Source: Pseudomonadales bacterium
Lineage (GTDB): Bacteria; Pseudomonadota; Gammaproteobacteria; Pseudomonadales; JAHEIH01
Length of the DNA stretch: 64,000 nucleotides
Direction: 5' to 3'
Assembly (NCBI GenBank): GCA_035458985.1
Contig: DATHYR010000344.1
Coordinates: forward strand, 22,793 to 86,792
The translations under genes were made by a program, and so were the position numbers. This document shows, piece after piece, positions 30,029 to 40,081 of the stretch. Under the pieces are notes generated by a model. That model was given only the letters and a program-made list of their open reading frames with translations. It made no database searches and was not told the DNA's origin. Each line of letters starts with the position of its first letter. Position 1 is the stretch's first letter.

Positions 30029-31159
30029 ATGGCTACTTTACACCGCGCGGCAATCACTGGAAGTGGTTTATGGCATCCCAGCGATGTTATCACTAACGCT
30101 GAATTGGTTGATGCTTATAACCGCTATGCAGAACAGTACAATCAACAACATGCCGTTGCAATCGAAGCGGGCGACATGCCAGCTAAACCCATGTCGGACG
30201 CAAGTTTCATTGAAAAAGCCTCTGGGATAAAGCAACGCTATGTTATGAACAAATCGGGCATTTTGGATATCAATCGAATGTGCCCCATCCTACCCGAACG
30301 AGAAGAGGGAGCCTTGAGCTACCAAGCGGAGATGGCCTGTCACGCCGCTCGTCAGGCCATGTCTAATGCCAATAAACACGCCAGCGATATCGACGCCGTC
30401 ATTGTATCCTGCGCCTACACCGAGCGAGCCTACCCCGCCATTGCCATTGAGGTACAAGGTGCCCTTGGTATTGAGGGTTTTGGCTTTGATATGCTGGTGG
30501 CCTGTTCCGCGGCCACGTTTGCTTTGCACCGTGCCTATGAAATGGTGGCGGCGGGCACTGCCCGGGCGGTATTAGTCATCAACCCAGAGCTGACGTCGCC
30601 ACAACTGAATTATGGTGACCGTGATAGTCACTTTATCTTTGGTGATGTCGCCACCGCTATCGTGGTTGAACGAGCAGAGAATGCCAACGGCGTGCACACA
30701 TTTGACATTTTAAGCACTAAGGCTCAAACCGTATTCTCAAATAACATTCGTTCAGATTTTGGATACCTTGCCCGCGCTACCAATGCTGACCCCTACGGTC
30801 CCGATAAGTTGTTTCACCAAAATGGCCGTAAAGTGTTTAAGGAAGTTTGCCCTATGGCAGCGCAACACCTCACAGACCATGTGGCGGCCAACAACGAAAC
30901 CCCCCTGGGCGTTCGTCGCTGGTGGCTACACCAAGCCAATATCAACATGAATCAACTCATTGTTCGCAAACTCCTCGACAAAGAGCCCGGCGGTGAAGAA
31001 GCCCCTATCGTGCTAGATGAATTTGCCAATACCGCCTCTGCGGGCTCCATCATTGCTTTCCATCGCCACCATCGCGACTTACAAAGTGGTGATATGGGTG
31101 TGATCTGCTCCTTCGGTGCCGGTTACTCTATTGGTAGCTTAGTCATCCGCAAACGATAA
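30029..31159 (+). CDS. Beta-ketoacyl-ACP synthase III family (long FabH-like, PA3286-type)
   Basis: Cys-His-Asn triad contexts are present (LVACSAATFAL, WWLHQANINMN, NTASAGSI). The N-terminal ITGSGLWHP...ELVDAYNRY...FIEKASGIKQRYV pattern resembles the PA3286 family (from memory). Confidence 0.85.
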   Translation: MATLHRAAITGSGLWHPSDVITNAELVDAYNRYAEQYNQQHAVAIEAGDMPAKPMSDASFIEKASGIKQRYVMNKSGILDINRMCPILPEREEGALSYQAEMACHAARQAMSNANKHASDIDAVIVSCAYTERAYPAIAIEVQGALGIEGFGFDMLVACSAATFALHRAYEMVAAGTARAVLVINPELTSPQLNYGDRDSHFIFGDVATAIVVERAENANGVHTFDILSTKAQTVFSNNIRSDFGYLARATNADPYGPDKLFHQNGRKVFKEVCPMAAQHLTDHVAANNETPLGVRRWWLHQANINMNQLIVRKLLDKEPGGEEAPIVLDEFANTASAGSIIAFHRHHRDLQSGDMGVICSFGAGYSIGSLVIRKR

Positions 31160-31169
31160 GCTGTAAACG

Positions 31170-31191
31170 AGGGCTGCTATTCAGCAGCCCT
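31170..31191. terminator. Hairpin between the convergent KAS III and amidohydrolase genes
   Basis: AGGGCTGC-TATTCA-GCAGCCCT, a perfect 8 bp stem that overlaps the amidohydrolase stop codon. There is no U-tract, so terminator function is uncertain. Confidence 0.3.
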
Positions 31192-32841
31192 GTATACCAC
31201 CTCGCCATTAATGATGGTTTGCCAAACGGTGACATCACGCAGTGTCTCTGGCGCTATCCGGCGCGGATCGTCATCTAAAATGGCCACATCAGCGCGTTTA
31301 CCTACCGCTAAAGCCCCCCCGCTAGACTCATCACCAACCGCATAGGCAGGAACCGCGGTATAAGCTTTGAGGGCTTGTTCAACGCTCACTTTTTGCAGAG
31401 GATACCACCCCTCGGGATTGGCGCCATCGATGGTCTGTCTTGTTACCGCTGCCTGCATCCCCAAAAACGGCGAGAGTGGCGCTACAGGCCAATCTGACCC
31501 AAATGCCATGAGACCACCGGCCGCCAGAATACCTTTGAAGGGATACGTCGTGCTCGCTCTACTCGCACCAATTTTATCTTCAGCCCATCGACCATCATCG
31601 ACGGCATGGTAAGGTTGCACGGATAGGATAATACCTAGGCGTGCCGCGCGATCAATAGCGGCCTGCGTAGGATGCTGAAAGTGCTCAATGCGTGTTCGTG
31701 CCGTCTCTGCGGACCATCCATCAAGCGTCTCAACAGCATCAAGCAGTGAATCTATCGCGCGGTCACCAATCGCGTGCAATGCCATTGGAAGGCCGGCTGC
31801 ATGAGCGCCCTGCAGTGACTGCTTGAGCTCTTCCATGCTAATAATGGGAAAACCAGTATTCTTCGGATCATCGCTGTAAGGCTCGTGAAACCACGCTGTA
31901 CTCGACCCCAGCGCACCATCGGTGAAAAGTTTAACCCCTTCCCATCGCAGCAAAGCATCGCCCCTACCCTCACGAGCAACACGTTCAGCCACCTGCTGCC
32001 ACTGCGAAATAGGAGAATAAAGCCTGACTCGAATCTTTAATAAACCACGTTGATGGGCCGTTTGAAAGGTTTGCAATGTTCGAGATTCATCGGCAAAACC
32101 TGGCATCACATGAACTTCGGTCATACCGTATGAGAGCGCGTGAGACTGCGCCGCTGTCAAATAATCGAGTAACTCTTCTTCGGTAGGTGACGGTATCGCT
32201 TCAACAATCATACTGACCGCTTTGTCTTTTAATACCCCAGTCGGTCGACCAGAGGCATCCCTAACAATCTCACCCCCGATGGGATCTGGGGTACGTTCAT
32301 CAATTCCTGCCAATGCCAAAGCGTGAGAATTGGCAAAGCCCATATGGCCATCGATCCGCATGACAAAAATAGGTGTGTCTACAGTGTCGGCATCTAACCA
32401 ATCCCGATGGGGTAACTCCCCTCCCCATAAGGTGTGGTCCCAATTACCATTCAAGATCCAGCGCCCAGGCGACCCATCGGCGGCGTTAACAAGACGTGAA
32501 ATAAATTGCTCTTTCGTGGCGGCATCACGCAAATCTACGCTTAACAAACCCGCTCCACCCTCAAGAAAATGCGTGTGACTGTCAATAATACCCGGCATCA
32601 CGAAACGTCCCGCGAGATCAACGCGCGCATCAGCCACCACTCGGTCAGGATCATTTCCCACATACACAATGCGATCGCCTCTAAAAGCAATCGCATCAAA
32701 AGTATGATCCTGCTCATGCGAAGACCAAACGACACCATTAAAATAAATGGTATCTGCTTCTACCGATGGAGCAGACGCCTTATTACAACCGCTCAAAATG
32801 AGCGACAATAAGGCAATCGTTAGGATGAAAATATGGCGCAT
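31177..32841 (-). CDS. Amidohydrolase-3 (YtcJ-like) family metal-dependent hydrolase, lipoprotein
   Basis: Lipobox LILSGC-N after the ATG at 32841, metal motif IIDSHTHF, and later HAIGD and GSDWPV motifs. I rejected the 68-codon upstream extension in the track. Confidence 0.85.
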   Translation of the reverse strand: MRHIFILTIALLSLILSGCNKASAPSVEADTIYFNGVVWSSHEQDHTFDAIAFRGDRIVYVGNDPDRVVADARVDLAGRFVMPGIIDSHTHFLEGGAGLLSVDLRDAATKEQFISRLVNAADGSPGRWILNGNWDHTLWGGELPHRDWLDADTVDTPIFVMRIDGHMGFANSHALALAGIDERTPDPIGGEIVRDASGRPTGVLKDKAVSMIVEAIPSPTEEELLDYLTAAQSHALSYGMTEVHVMPGFADESRTLQTFQTAHQRGLLKIRVRLYSPISQWQQVAERVAREGRGDALLRWEGVKLFTDGALGSSTAWFHEPYSDDPKNTGFPIISMEELKQSLQGAHAAGLPMALHAIGDRAIDSLLDAVETLDGWSAETARTRIEHFQHPTQAAIDRAARLGIILSVQPYHAVDDGRWAEDKIGASRASTTYPFKGILAAGGLMAFGSDWPVAPLSPFLGMQAAVTRQTIDGANPEGWYPLQKVSVEQALKAYTAVPAYAVGDESSGGALAVGKRADVAILDDDPRRIAPETLRDVTVWQTIINGEVVYRAAE

Positions 32842-32899
32842 GTTGGAAACCTCACATTCAAAAGAGTGAACCATCATGGCATAGCCGGGAGAGTTTTTG

Positions 32900-32935
32900 A
32901 AAAGAAAAACGCACTGGCCCTGATGGGCCAGTGCG
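32900..32935 (-). terminator. Rho-independent terminator after the FecR-like gene
   Basis: The minus strand reads CGCACTGGCCC-ATCA-GGGCCAGTGCG-TTTTTCTTTT: an 11 bp perfect stem, 4 nt loop and U-rich tail, 15 nt after the stop. Confidence 0.85.
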
Positions 32936-32950
32936 CCTAGCGCAGGCGAT

Positions 32951-33565
32951 TTAATAACTGATGGTTTGCACGGCTTGTTGAACCATATCCGCAGGCCACT
33001 GACGAGGCTCCTCTGGGGCTTTTCCAGGGTAGATTGTGGTTCCAAAGCCAGGCGTAGTTATCTCGACCGTGCCGAAATCATTGCTTACCACCAGAGGATG
33101 CTCTCCCTCAAGAAGCGCCACATCAAGACTTCCAGGGCCATGTAAACTCCCCCCCCAGAAATCCGTCCCACGCACTGCAATGGTGCTTCGTTGAGACTTC
33201 ACCGTGAAATTGGGTTTATCTGTCAAGGTCAGCTTACCCGTCACGACCCTAAAGGCTCCCGTCGCCACATTCAATAATAACCGCTTGTCCTGATCATCAA
33301 ATTGATAGTCTTCCACCAACACATCAGCATTTTCGCCCAATGTGACAACCGTGTCATCCGTTAGGCGGAATACCGCACGGGCATCCTCGCCAGTATTGAG
33401 TCGTTCATTTTGAAAAATAGGATCGCGACGTTCCAATTCGCGTTCGCCATCCGCTGTGGCCGCCAAAACATCGCCTCGAGTAAAGACCGTTGTTCCAGCC
33501 TCCTCGGCCGCATTGATATTGATTGACAGGGCAAGCCCCAATAAACCTACTATCCATACTCTCAT
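32951..33565 (-). CDS. Secreted FecR-domain protein
   Basis: Signal peptide MRVWIVGLLGLALSININA-AE, then a FecR-like beta-rich pattern (ERLNTGEDARAVFRLTDDTVVTLGENADVLVEDY). Its ATG overlaps the upstream stop (ATGA). Confidence 0.7.
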   Translation of the reverse strand: MRVWIVGLLGLALSININAAEEAGTTVFTRGDVLAATADGERELERRDPIFQNERLNTGEDARAVFRLTDDTVVTLGENADVLVEDYQFDDQDKRLLLNVATGAFRVVTGKLTLTDKPNFTVKSQRSTIAVRGTDFWGGSLHGPGSLDVALLEGEHPLVVSNDFGTVEITTPGFGTTIYPGKAPEEPRQWPADMVQQAVQTISY

Positions 33566-34455
33566 GACATCGCTCCCTTCAAGTGCGTGTTGTATAACGC
33601 CAACAACCGAGACCATGCACGCTCGGCCTGATCGTGGTTATATGCGGCAGAATCGAGAGGACACCAACCATGCATAGCGCCCTCGTAGACCTCAATTTCA
33701 GCCTCAAGATTAAGTTGAGAGAACCATTCTTGCAGAAACGAGGCTTCATCCGGTCTCTTCTCATGGTCGTTTTCAGCAATAGCCACCAAAAAACTGGCGT
33801 TACTTTGAGTGAGACCTAAATGTGGACTATTGTCTGACTCAGTTACCAACCCGCCACCATGAAAAGAGGCGACCGCTTTAATTCTATTTGGCATAGCAGC
33901 AGCCGCGCGGAATACAATCGGGCCGCCCATACAATAACCTTGAACACCTATACCCTTGTTGAGATCTGTCTGGGGCTGCGCATCGATAAAGGCAACAAAT
34001 GCCCGCGTATCAGACATATGGCCCTCCGCCGTCAGTGCTCGCGCAAAGGGATACACGCGCTCCCGCACCGCCGGGTCTCTAAACGACTCACCCTCCACCA
34101 CAATGGGCGCGGGTGTCTGACGATAATACGGGTTAACCAATAGTACGGCATAGCCTTCACTGGCTAAACGCTGCGCCATGGCCACAAACGCCGGGCGAGA
34201 GGACAAGATATCTGGCCATATAATCACCGCGGGGACAGCGACCTTGAGTGCACTTTTCGGATACACCCAGTGACCATCCATTTGTCCGGACGGTGTAGGC
34301 ACCAGGACAGATTCCGTGACAACGCTATCTTCTGTGGCCAGGACACTGGCGGCAGACACGCTCATCATGGCAGTGCCAATACCTAATATTTGAACCGTTC
34401 TTCGCCGCGAAAGGTTCACACGAGCAATGCTGTCGAGCATTGATTCATCACACAT
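33562..34455 (-). CDS. Tat-exported dienelactone hydrolase family protein
   Basis: Twin-arginine motif LSRRRTVQILGIG followed by a hydrophobic region. The DLH nucleophile motif GYCMGG is present, with a C-terminal His context (GAMHGW). Confidence 0.85.
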   Translation of the reverse strand: MCDESMLDSIARVNLSRRRTVQILGIGTAMMSVSAASVLATEDSVVTESVLVPTPSGQMDGHWVYPKSALKVAVPAVIIWPDILSSRPAFVAMAQRLASEGYAVLLVNPYYRQTPAPIVVEGESFRDPAVRERVYPFARALTAEGHMSDTRAFVAFIDAQPQTDLNKGIGVQGYCMGGPIVFRAAAAMPNRIKAVASFHGGGLVTESDNSPHLGLTQSNASFLVAIAENDHEKRPDEASFLQEWFSQLNLEAEIEVYEGAMHGWCPLDSAAYNHDQAERAWSRLLALYNTHLKGAMS

Positions 34456-34473
34456 ATCTTCACCTAACTGAGG

Positions 34474-35346
34474 TTATTCAATAAACGCCTTTACATCGGT
34501 AAGAAAGGTTGGAAACTGATCATGGTGCAACCAGTGTCCTGCATTCGGATAAACCTTAAAGGTTGGCTGCTGAAAAAAGTCTAACCGCCCATCTTGTTCA
34601 GGGTTGGATGCCCAACTGTCCTCACCGTACAACAATAGGGTAGGACAGCTTATGCAATGCCACAAACGCGTCACATCCTCATAAGGCAACTCATAGGGAG
34701 GAAAATCGTGCAAATAGTTGTCAAATTTCCAACTAAAACTACCGTCCTCGTTGCGACTGATCCCATGAATGGTGAGATGGTAAGCTTGCTCATGACTGAG
34801 AAAACTGTTCTCTTCGTGCATGCGGGCACATGCCAACGCGATGGAATCGTAGCGTTTGGGGAGTCTCGCTGACATTTTTCGACGCCCCTCAATCCAGCTT
34901 CTCATGCGCGTTTCGACGGGAATAGCCAATTGTTCACGAATCATTCTGGGAGACATACTCAAGCCTTCAATCAGCACCAACCTTCGCACTTTCTCTGGAT
35001 AAATTCCGCAAAATCGAGAGGCAATCATTCCGCCAAGCGAATGGGCGACAATCGTCACTTCAGGTACATCAAGCTGGTGGATAAACTGCGCAAAATCATA
35101 AATAAATGATTCCATGCGGTAGTCGGCATCGGGAGACCATGCGCTGTCTCCGTGACCTCGCAAATCAGGGCACACCACATGCCAGTCATGTCGCAACGCC
35201 TCTGCTAACCAGTCCCAACTGCGGCAATGATCCCTGCCTCCGTGCAGTAACACCAGTGTTGGTTTATCGCTATTACCCCAGTCTACGTAGTGGAGTTGCA
35301 ATCGCTGCGACATAAATCGCTGCGAAGTAGGCCCGTAATTTAGCAT
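34474..35346 (-). CDS. Alpha/beta-fold hydrolase (cytoplasmic, no signal peptide)
   Basis: LVLLHGGRDHCRSWDW oxyanion region, nucleophile elbow VAHSLGG and C-terminal GHWLHHD. Confidence 0.85.
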   Translation of the reverse strand: MLNYGPTSQRFMSQRLQLHYVDWGNSDKPTLVLLHGGRDHCRSWDWLAEALRHDWHVVCPDLRGHGDSAWSPDADYRMESFIYDFAQFIHQLDVPEVTIVAHSLGGMIASRFCGIYPEKVRRLVLIEGLSMSPRMIREQLAIPVETRMRSWIEGRRKMSARLPKRYDSIALACARMHEENSFLSHEQAYHLTIHGISRNEDGSFSWKFDNYLHDFPPYELPYEDVTRLWHCISCPTLLLYGEDSWASNPEQDGRLDFFQQPTFKVYPNAGHWLHHDQFPTFLTDVKAFIE

Positions 35347-35473
35347 CGAATGTTCTCCTTATGATGCGCGGGGTAGATTATTAACAAGCTACAATATATT
35401 CTCGAAAAGAATAAATAAAACCTAAATAACAAACAATTTGAATACCGATATTGTGACCGTACAAGGACAATAC

Positions 35474-36274
35474 ATGCGTCAATTCCAGCAACATATTCCC
35501 TTGCAGGGCGCACTCAACTTTCGCGACTTTGGTGGCTACACCACTCAACAAGGCCGCCGCATGGTTGAGCGCGTTTTCTTCCGCTCGGACAAACTTAGCG
35601 AGCTAACATCTAATGATCATGCCACCTTAGCTGATTGCAATATTGGTCATATTTTTGATCTTCGCCGCCCCGACGAGGTGAAACGCGCCCCCACCCAATG
35701 GCAAGCCAGCGAGGTCGCAATACATCACTATTCCATTATTCATCCTTCACTCGACAGTCACGGCCTCCTACAGGCCTTTGGGGAATTGCGCCACGCCATA
35801 GAACCCGGCGTCGCACTGATGGAGAATCTCTATCGTGATATAGGTCGAGGCGAGCACAGCTATCCTTACTTTACACAGCTATTCCAACGACTTCTCGACA
35901 ATCCAGACATTCCTATACTCGTCCATTGCAGTGGCGGTAAAGATCGAACCGGATCAACCTGCGCACTCATTCAGTGGGTATTAGGATGTGACAAAGCCAC
36001 CATTTTTGCCGATTACATGCTCAGCAAACCTCTCTACTGTGACAAGGTTGACCCCATGCATATGGTGATGCAACTGGCCCACATCGAGGGCGATCACGAC
36101 ATTGAAGACGCCTGGTTGACCCCCATCATGGAAGTCCGTGAAAGCTACCTTGCAGCGATGTTTGAGGGTTTGCATGAAAACTTTCCAGACCCACAGGCCT
36201 TTTTACATGATGGATTAGGGTTACCGGCGAACACACTCGATACTCTACGCGCGCAATACACAACAAAGACATGA
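35474..36274 (+). CDS. Protein-tyrosine phosphatase-like protein (Y_phosphatase3 family)
   Basis: N-terminal GALNFRDFGGY and the CX5R P-loop VHCSGGKDRTGS. I chose the ATG at 35474 (AAGGA SD); the track start is a TTG at 35438. Confidence 0.85.
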   Translation: MRQFQQHIPLQGALNFRDFGGYTTQQGRRMVERVFFRSDKLSELTSNDHATLADCNIGHIFDLRRPDEVKRAPTQWQASEVAIHHYSIIHPSLDSHGLLQAFGELRHAIEPGVALMENLYRDIGRGEHSYPYFTQLFQRLLDNPDIPILVHCSGGKDRTGSTCALIQWVLGCDKATIFADYMLSKPLYCDKVDPMHMVMQLAHIEGDHDIEDAWLTPIMEVRESYLAAMFEGLHENFPDPQAFLHDGLGLPANTLDTLRAQYTTKT

Positions 36275-36323
36275 CAGTGTCGCTATACGGGGCTAAAATC
36301 TTAGGCTTACACAGGGAGATTTC

Positions 36324-36644
36324 ATGACAACTATTACTTTTATACAACCATCAGGTGTAGACATCGAGGTTAATGCAACGCCTGGCCACAGCCTGATGCA
36401 AGCGGCCGTGGACAATATGGTAGATGGTATCCTTGCTGATTGTGGCGGAAGTTGTAGCTGTGCTACATGCCATTGCTATATCGATGAGAAGTACCTAAAT
36501 AAAATTCCACCCGCCAGTGCCACCGAAAAGAGCATGCTGGATTTTGTCATAGAACCAAATGACTTCAGTCGGCTATCATGCCAAGTGATTGTTACTGAAG
36601 ATCTCGAGGGCATGGTCGTCAAACTCCCCCCTTCTCAGTTCTAA
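36324..36644 (+). CDS. 2Fe-2S ferredoxin, adrenodoxin/putidaredoxin type
   Basis: 106 aa. Cluster ligands CGGSCSCATCHC ... SCQV. Confidence 0.9.
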   Translation: MTTITFIQPSGVDIEVNATPGHSLMQAAVDNMVDGILADCGGSCSCATCHCYIDEKYLNKIPPASATEKSMLDFVIEPNDFSRLSCQVIVTEDLEGMVVKLPPSQF

Positions 36645-36648
36645 CGAC

Positions 36649-36678
36649 AAAAAACGGCCGACAGGCCGTTTTTTTTGG
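36649..36678. terminator. Bidirectional rho-independent terminator (ferredoxin on the plus strand, oadB on the minus strand)
   Basis: AAAAAA-CGGCC-GACA-GGCCG-TTTTTTTT. U-tracts are available on both strands, between convergent genes. Confidence 0.85.
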
Positions 36679-36708
36679 TTAGGACTGTTCCCCCACAGGG
36701 GAGGAGCA

Positions 36709-38013
36709 CTATCCCACCAATGAAATCATGATACCTGCTGCCACCGCAGAACCAATGACACCTGCCACATTGGGCCCCATGGCATGCATCAACAAAAAGT
36801 TCTGCGGATTCGCCTCTAAGCCCACTTTGTTCGATACCCGCGCCGCCATCGGCACAGCAGACACACCTGCCGACCCTATCAGAGGATTTATCGGGGTAGA
36901 AGAGACTTTATTCATCAACTTAGCCATTAGCACACCTGCGGCTGTACCCATGGCAAAAGCCACCATGCCGAGGGATAAAATGCCGAGGGTTTTAACATCG
37001 AGAAACTTGTCCGCGCTCAGTTTAGCACCGACCGACAACCCTAGAAAAATTGTCGTGATGTTAATCAACGCGTTTTGTGCTGTATCACTCAAACGGTCGA
37101 CCACCCCACTCTCTTTCATAAGGTTCCCAAAGCAGAACATCCCCAGTAATGGCGCTGCATCAGGTAAAATAAGGGCAACTAAAATCAACAAGATGATGGG
37201 AAACAAAATCTTCTCGCGCTTGCTGACCTTACGCAACTGCGTCATGACAATTGCCCGCTCTTGTTCTGTTGTGAGCGCGCGCATAATGGGTGGCTGAATC
37301 ATGGGTACCAGGGCCATATATGAGTAGGCCGATACGGCGATGGCCCCCAGTAAATCTGGTGCTAATTTACTGGCCACATAAATAGCCGTTGGACCGTCTG
37401 CGCCGCCAATAATACCGATCGCAGCCGCCTCTGCCAGACTAAAATCCATCCAGCCGAGGTAGGTCATACCCGCTGCGCCCAGCACTGTCGCAAAAATACC
37501 AAATTGCGCAGCCGCACCTAAAAATAAGGTTTTAGGGTTAGCCAATAGTGGACCAAAATCGGTCATTGCTCCAACGCCCATGAAAATCACCAGTGGAGCG
37601 ACACCCGAGGCAATCGCCACATGGTAAAACTGATAGAGCGCCCCGTTCGCAAAGCCCGCATCAAGGGCGATTTGCTGCAGAGCGATATGGGTGGCGACGC
37701 CGCTAGTGTCATAGGCATGGATCAACTGATTAACACTGTCCCAGCTTTGTATCGCTAGGGCATGTGCCATCTGAGCTAAGACCTCAGGGCTGGCATGTAA
37801 AAAGGCGTTTTCAACCGCCGAATTAGCCAAACCTGCGCCGGGAATATTCGCCATGATCCCACCAAAGCCAATGGGTACCAATAATAGCGGCTCAAAACCG
37901 CGCTTAATGGCTAAATACAATAATAAGCCGCTAATAGCCATCATCACTATTTGGCCGGGATCCGCTTGAAATAGGCCGGTACTTTGCCACAAGGCTAATA
38001 ATTTTTCGCTCAT
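36709..38013 (-). CDS. oadB: Oxaloacetate decarboxylase (Na+-translocating) beta subunit
   Basis: 434 aa polytopic membrane protein of the OadB/GcdB family ([27 protein letters not shown]). Confidence 0.93.
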   Translation of the reverse strand: MSEKLLALWQSTGLFQADPGQIVMMAISGLLLYLAIKRGFEPLLLVPIGFGGIMANIPGAGLANSAVENAFLHASPEVLAQMAHALAIQSWDSVNQLIHAYDTSGVATHIALQQIALDAGFANGALYQFYHVAIASGVAPLVIFMGVGAMTDFGPLLANPKTLFLGAAAQFGIFATVLGAAGMTYLGWMDFSLAEAAAIGIIGGADGPTAIYVASKLAPDLLGAIAVSAYSYMALVPMIQPPIMRALTTEQERAIVMTQLRKVSKREKILFPIILLILVALILPDAAPLLGMFCFGNLMKESGVVDRLSDTAQNALINITTIFLGLSVGAKLSADKFLDVKTLGILSLGMVAFAMGTAAGVLMAKLMNKVSSTPINPLIGSAGVSAVPMAARVSNKVGLEANPQNFLLMHAMGPNVAGVIGSAVAAGIMISLVG

Positions 38014-38024
38014 CGCAAGGCTCC

Positions 38025-39791
38025 CTAGGCAATACTCAATATGGCATCACCGGTCGCGACGGTATCACCCACTTTGGTGTATACGGCAGCAACGGTTCCC
38101 GACTTAGGCGCGCGAATCTCGGTTTCCATTTTCATGGCTTCAAGAATAATTAACAGATCGCCCTCTGCCACGACATCACCCGGCGCTACATCCACACGAA
38201 AAATATTGCCAGACAACGGGGATGGTATATCTTCTCCAGCGGCCAGCGGCGCCTGTGAGACCGGGGTTGCCGACGCTGTTTGGCTACCGACCGGTGCCAA
38301 GGCTGTCACATCGCCACCTGGGCTCACTTCGACGGTATAACGGACTCCGTTAACGTTAACGGTATAAATCCCAGCGTCACTGGCAACGGGCTCACTGCCA
38401 GGAACGGGCTCGAAGGCTGCAGGATTATCGCGGTTCACTAAGAACTTTAGACCTACTTGTGGAAATAAAGCATAGGTGAGGACGTCATCTATGACAGCAT
38501 CCGCTAAACGAATACCCTGCGTTGACGCAAGGTCAACCAGTTCACTGTGGAGCTTATCTAACTCCGGTGCGATTAAATCCGCAGGACGACAGGTAATCGG
38601 CTTAGCGCCATCTAGAACCTTCGCCTGCAGCTCTGCATTCACCGGTGCGGGTGTCGCGCCGTACTCACCTTTAAGAACGCCCTGCGTCTCCTTCGAGATC
38701 GATTTATAACGCTCTCCGGTTAGGACATTAAGAACGGCTTGAGTACCCACAATTTGTGAGGTTGGCGTCACCAAAGGAATGAAGCCTAAATCTTCGCGAA
38801 CACGGGGAATTTCGGCCAATACTTCGTCAAATTTGTCCGATGCGCCTTGGTCGCGCAGCTGGTTTTCCATGTTGGTCAACATGCCACCAGGGACCTGAGC
38901 CGTCAAAATACGCGCATCCACCCCCCGCAAACTGCCCTCAAATTTGGCATACTTTTTCCTTACGTCTCTGAAGTAGTGTGCAATCTCTTCCAACGCCACC
39001 AAATCCAGGCCTGTATCACGCTCGGTACCCTGCAATATGGCGACTAATGTTTCGGTGGGGCTATGGCCATAGGTCATCGACATCGACGAAATCGCTGTAT
39101 CGACGTTATCAATCCCCGCCTCGATGCACTTTAACGCTGTGGCCGTCGACAACCCGGTGGTGGCATGGCATTGCATGTGAATCGGAATATCAACCGCCGC
39201 TTTGAGTCGCGTCACTAATTCATAGCCAACATAGGGGGTCAGTAGACCTGCCATATCTTTAATAGCAATAGAGTCGGCGCCCATGTCTTCAATTTGTTTT
39301 CCCAAGGATACCCACATATCAATGTCATGAACTGGGCTGAGCGTATATGAAATCGTGCCTTGAGCATGCTTACCGACGTTTTTAACTGCCTTCAAGGCCG
39401 TCTCTAAATTACGCATGTCATTCATTGCATCAAACACGCGAAAAACATCGACACCGTTAACGGCCGCCCGCTCGACAAATTTCTGAACGACATCATCGGC
39501 ATAGTGGCGATAACCCAAAATATTTTGACCGCGAAACAACATTTGTTGCGGCGTATTTGGCATGGCCTTTTTCAGTTCGCGGATACGATCCCATGGATCT
39601 TCACCTAGATAACGAATGCAGGCGTCAAAGGTTGCTCCCCCCCAAGACTCCAGCGACCAGAAACCTATTTTATCGAGCTTCTCAGCTATGGGCAGCATAT
39701 CGTCGATACGCATTCGGGTTGCAAATAGTGATTGGTGGGCGTCGCGCAGAACGACGTCGGTAATGCCCAAGGGTTTGATGTTTTTACTCAT
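38025..39791 (-). CDS. oadA: Oxaloacetate decarboxylase alpha subunit (carboxyltransferase + biotin carrier)
   Basis: [13 protein letters not shown] carboxyltransferase N-terminus and C-terminal biotinylation motif EAMKMET. Confidence 0.95.
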   Translation of the reverse strand: MSKNIKPLGITDVVLRDAHQSLFATRMRIDDMLPIAEKLDKIGFWSLESWGGATFDACIRYLGEDPWDRIRELKKAMPNTPQQMLFRGQNILGYRHYADDVVQKFVERAAVNGVDVFRVFDAMNDMRNLETALKAVKNVGKHAQGTISYTLSPVHDIDMWVSLGKQIEDMGADSIAIKDMAGLLTPYVGYELVTRLKAAVDIPIHMQCHATTGLSTATALKCIEAGIDNVDTAISSMSMTYGHSPTETLVAILQGTERDTGLDLVALEEIAHYFRDVRKKYAKFEGSLRGVDARILTAQVPGGMLTNMENQLRDQGASDKFDEVLAEIPRVREDLGFIPLVTPTSQIVGTQAVLNVLTGERYKSISKETQGVLKGEYGATPAPVNAELQAKVLDGAKPITCRPADLIAPELDKLHSELVDLASTQGIRLADAVIDDVLTYALFPQVGLKFLVNRDNPAAFEPVPGSEPVASDAGIYTVNVNGVRYTVEVSPGGDVTALAPVGSQTASATPVSQAPLAAGEDIPSPLSGNIFRVDVAPGDVVAEGDLLIILEAMKMETEIRAPKSGTVAAVYTKVGDTVATGDAILSIA

Positions 39792-39814
39792 AAGCTCATT
39801 TCACTGACGATAGA

Positions 39815-40060
39815 CTAACGGCGTTCACGGCGATGTTCTTGAACCGCCAAACCAATGGCCTTAAGCACATCGGGATGCACCGCACGAGAGGGTTGTGAGG
39901 GTCGTTTCGCTGGCTTTAAAGGCTCCGGTTCAGGCGCAAATCGTGCCACTACCCATGACATACCGGAGGTAGCTAATACCAACACATAGAGAAAAATAAA
40001 CACGGTGCCCATACCATAGATGAGCAATTGAAGAGATTCGTTAAGGATATCGCTTTGCAT
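39815..40060 (-). CDS. oadG: Oxaloacetate decarboxylase gamma subunit
   Basis: 82 aa, LLIYGMGTVFIFLYVLVL TM anchor, then a Pro/Ala-rich linker. I trimmed the start to the ATG at 40060; the track extension runs into pyk and across a terminator. Confidence 0.8.
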   Translation of the reverse strand: MQSDILNESLQLLIYGMGTVFIFLYVLVLATSGMSWVVARFAPEPEPLKPAKRPSQPSRAVHPDVLKAIGLAVQEHRRERR

Positions 40061-40081
40061 GGCAACACTTCCAGCAACGTC

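Noticed and set aside
32842-33045. Long N-terminal extensions offered by the ORF track. They affect the amidohydrolase (622 aa), slp (243 aa, 27533-27706), oadG (121 aa, 40061-40180), yciI (141 aa, 22175-22300), serC, yciB, argG and the membrane fusion protein
   Set aside because: Each extension overlaps the neighbouring gene or a terminator. Each is followed by an internal start that gives a canonical N-terminus (signal peptide with lipobox, or a conserved family start) with an SD. I used the shorter models.
36728-37297. A 189 aa ORF on the plus strand, antisense to oadB
   Set aside because: It lies entirely inside a confidently identified membrane-protein gene. Its translation is low-complexity (A/P/T/S/R-rich) with no recognisable motif, SD or promoter. 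This is the expected by-product of Ala/Gly/Ile/Leu-rich codon usage on the opposite strand.
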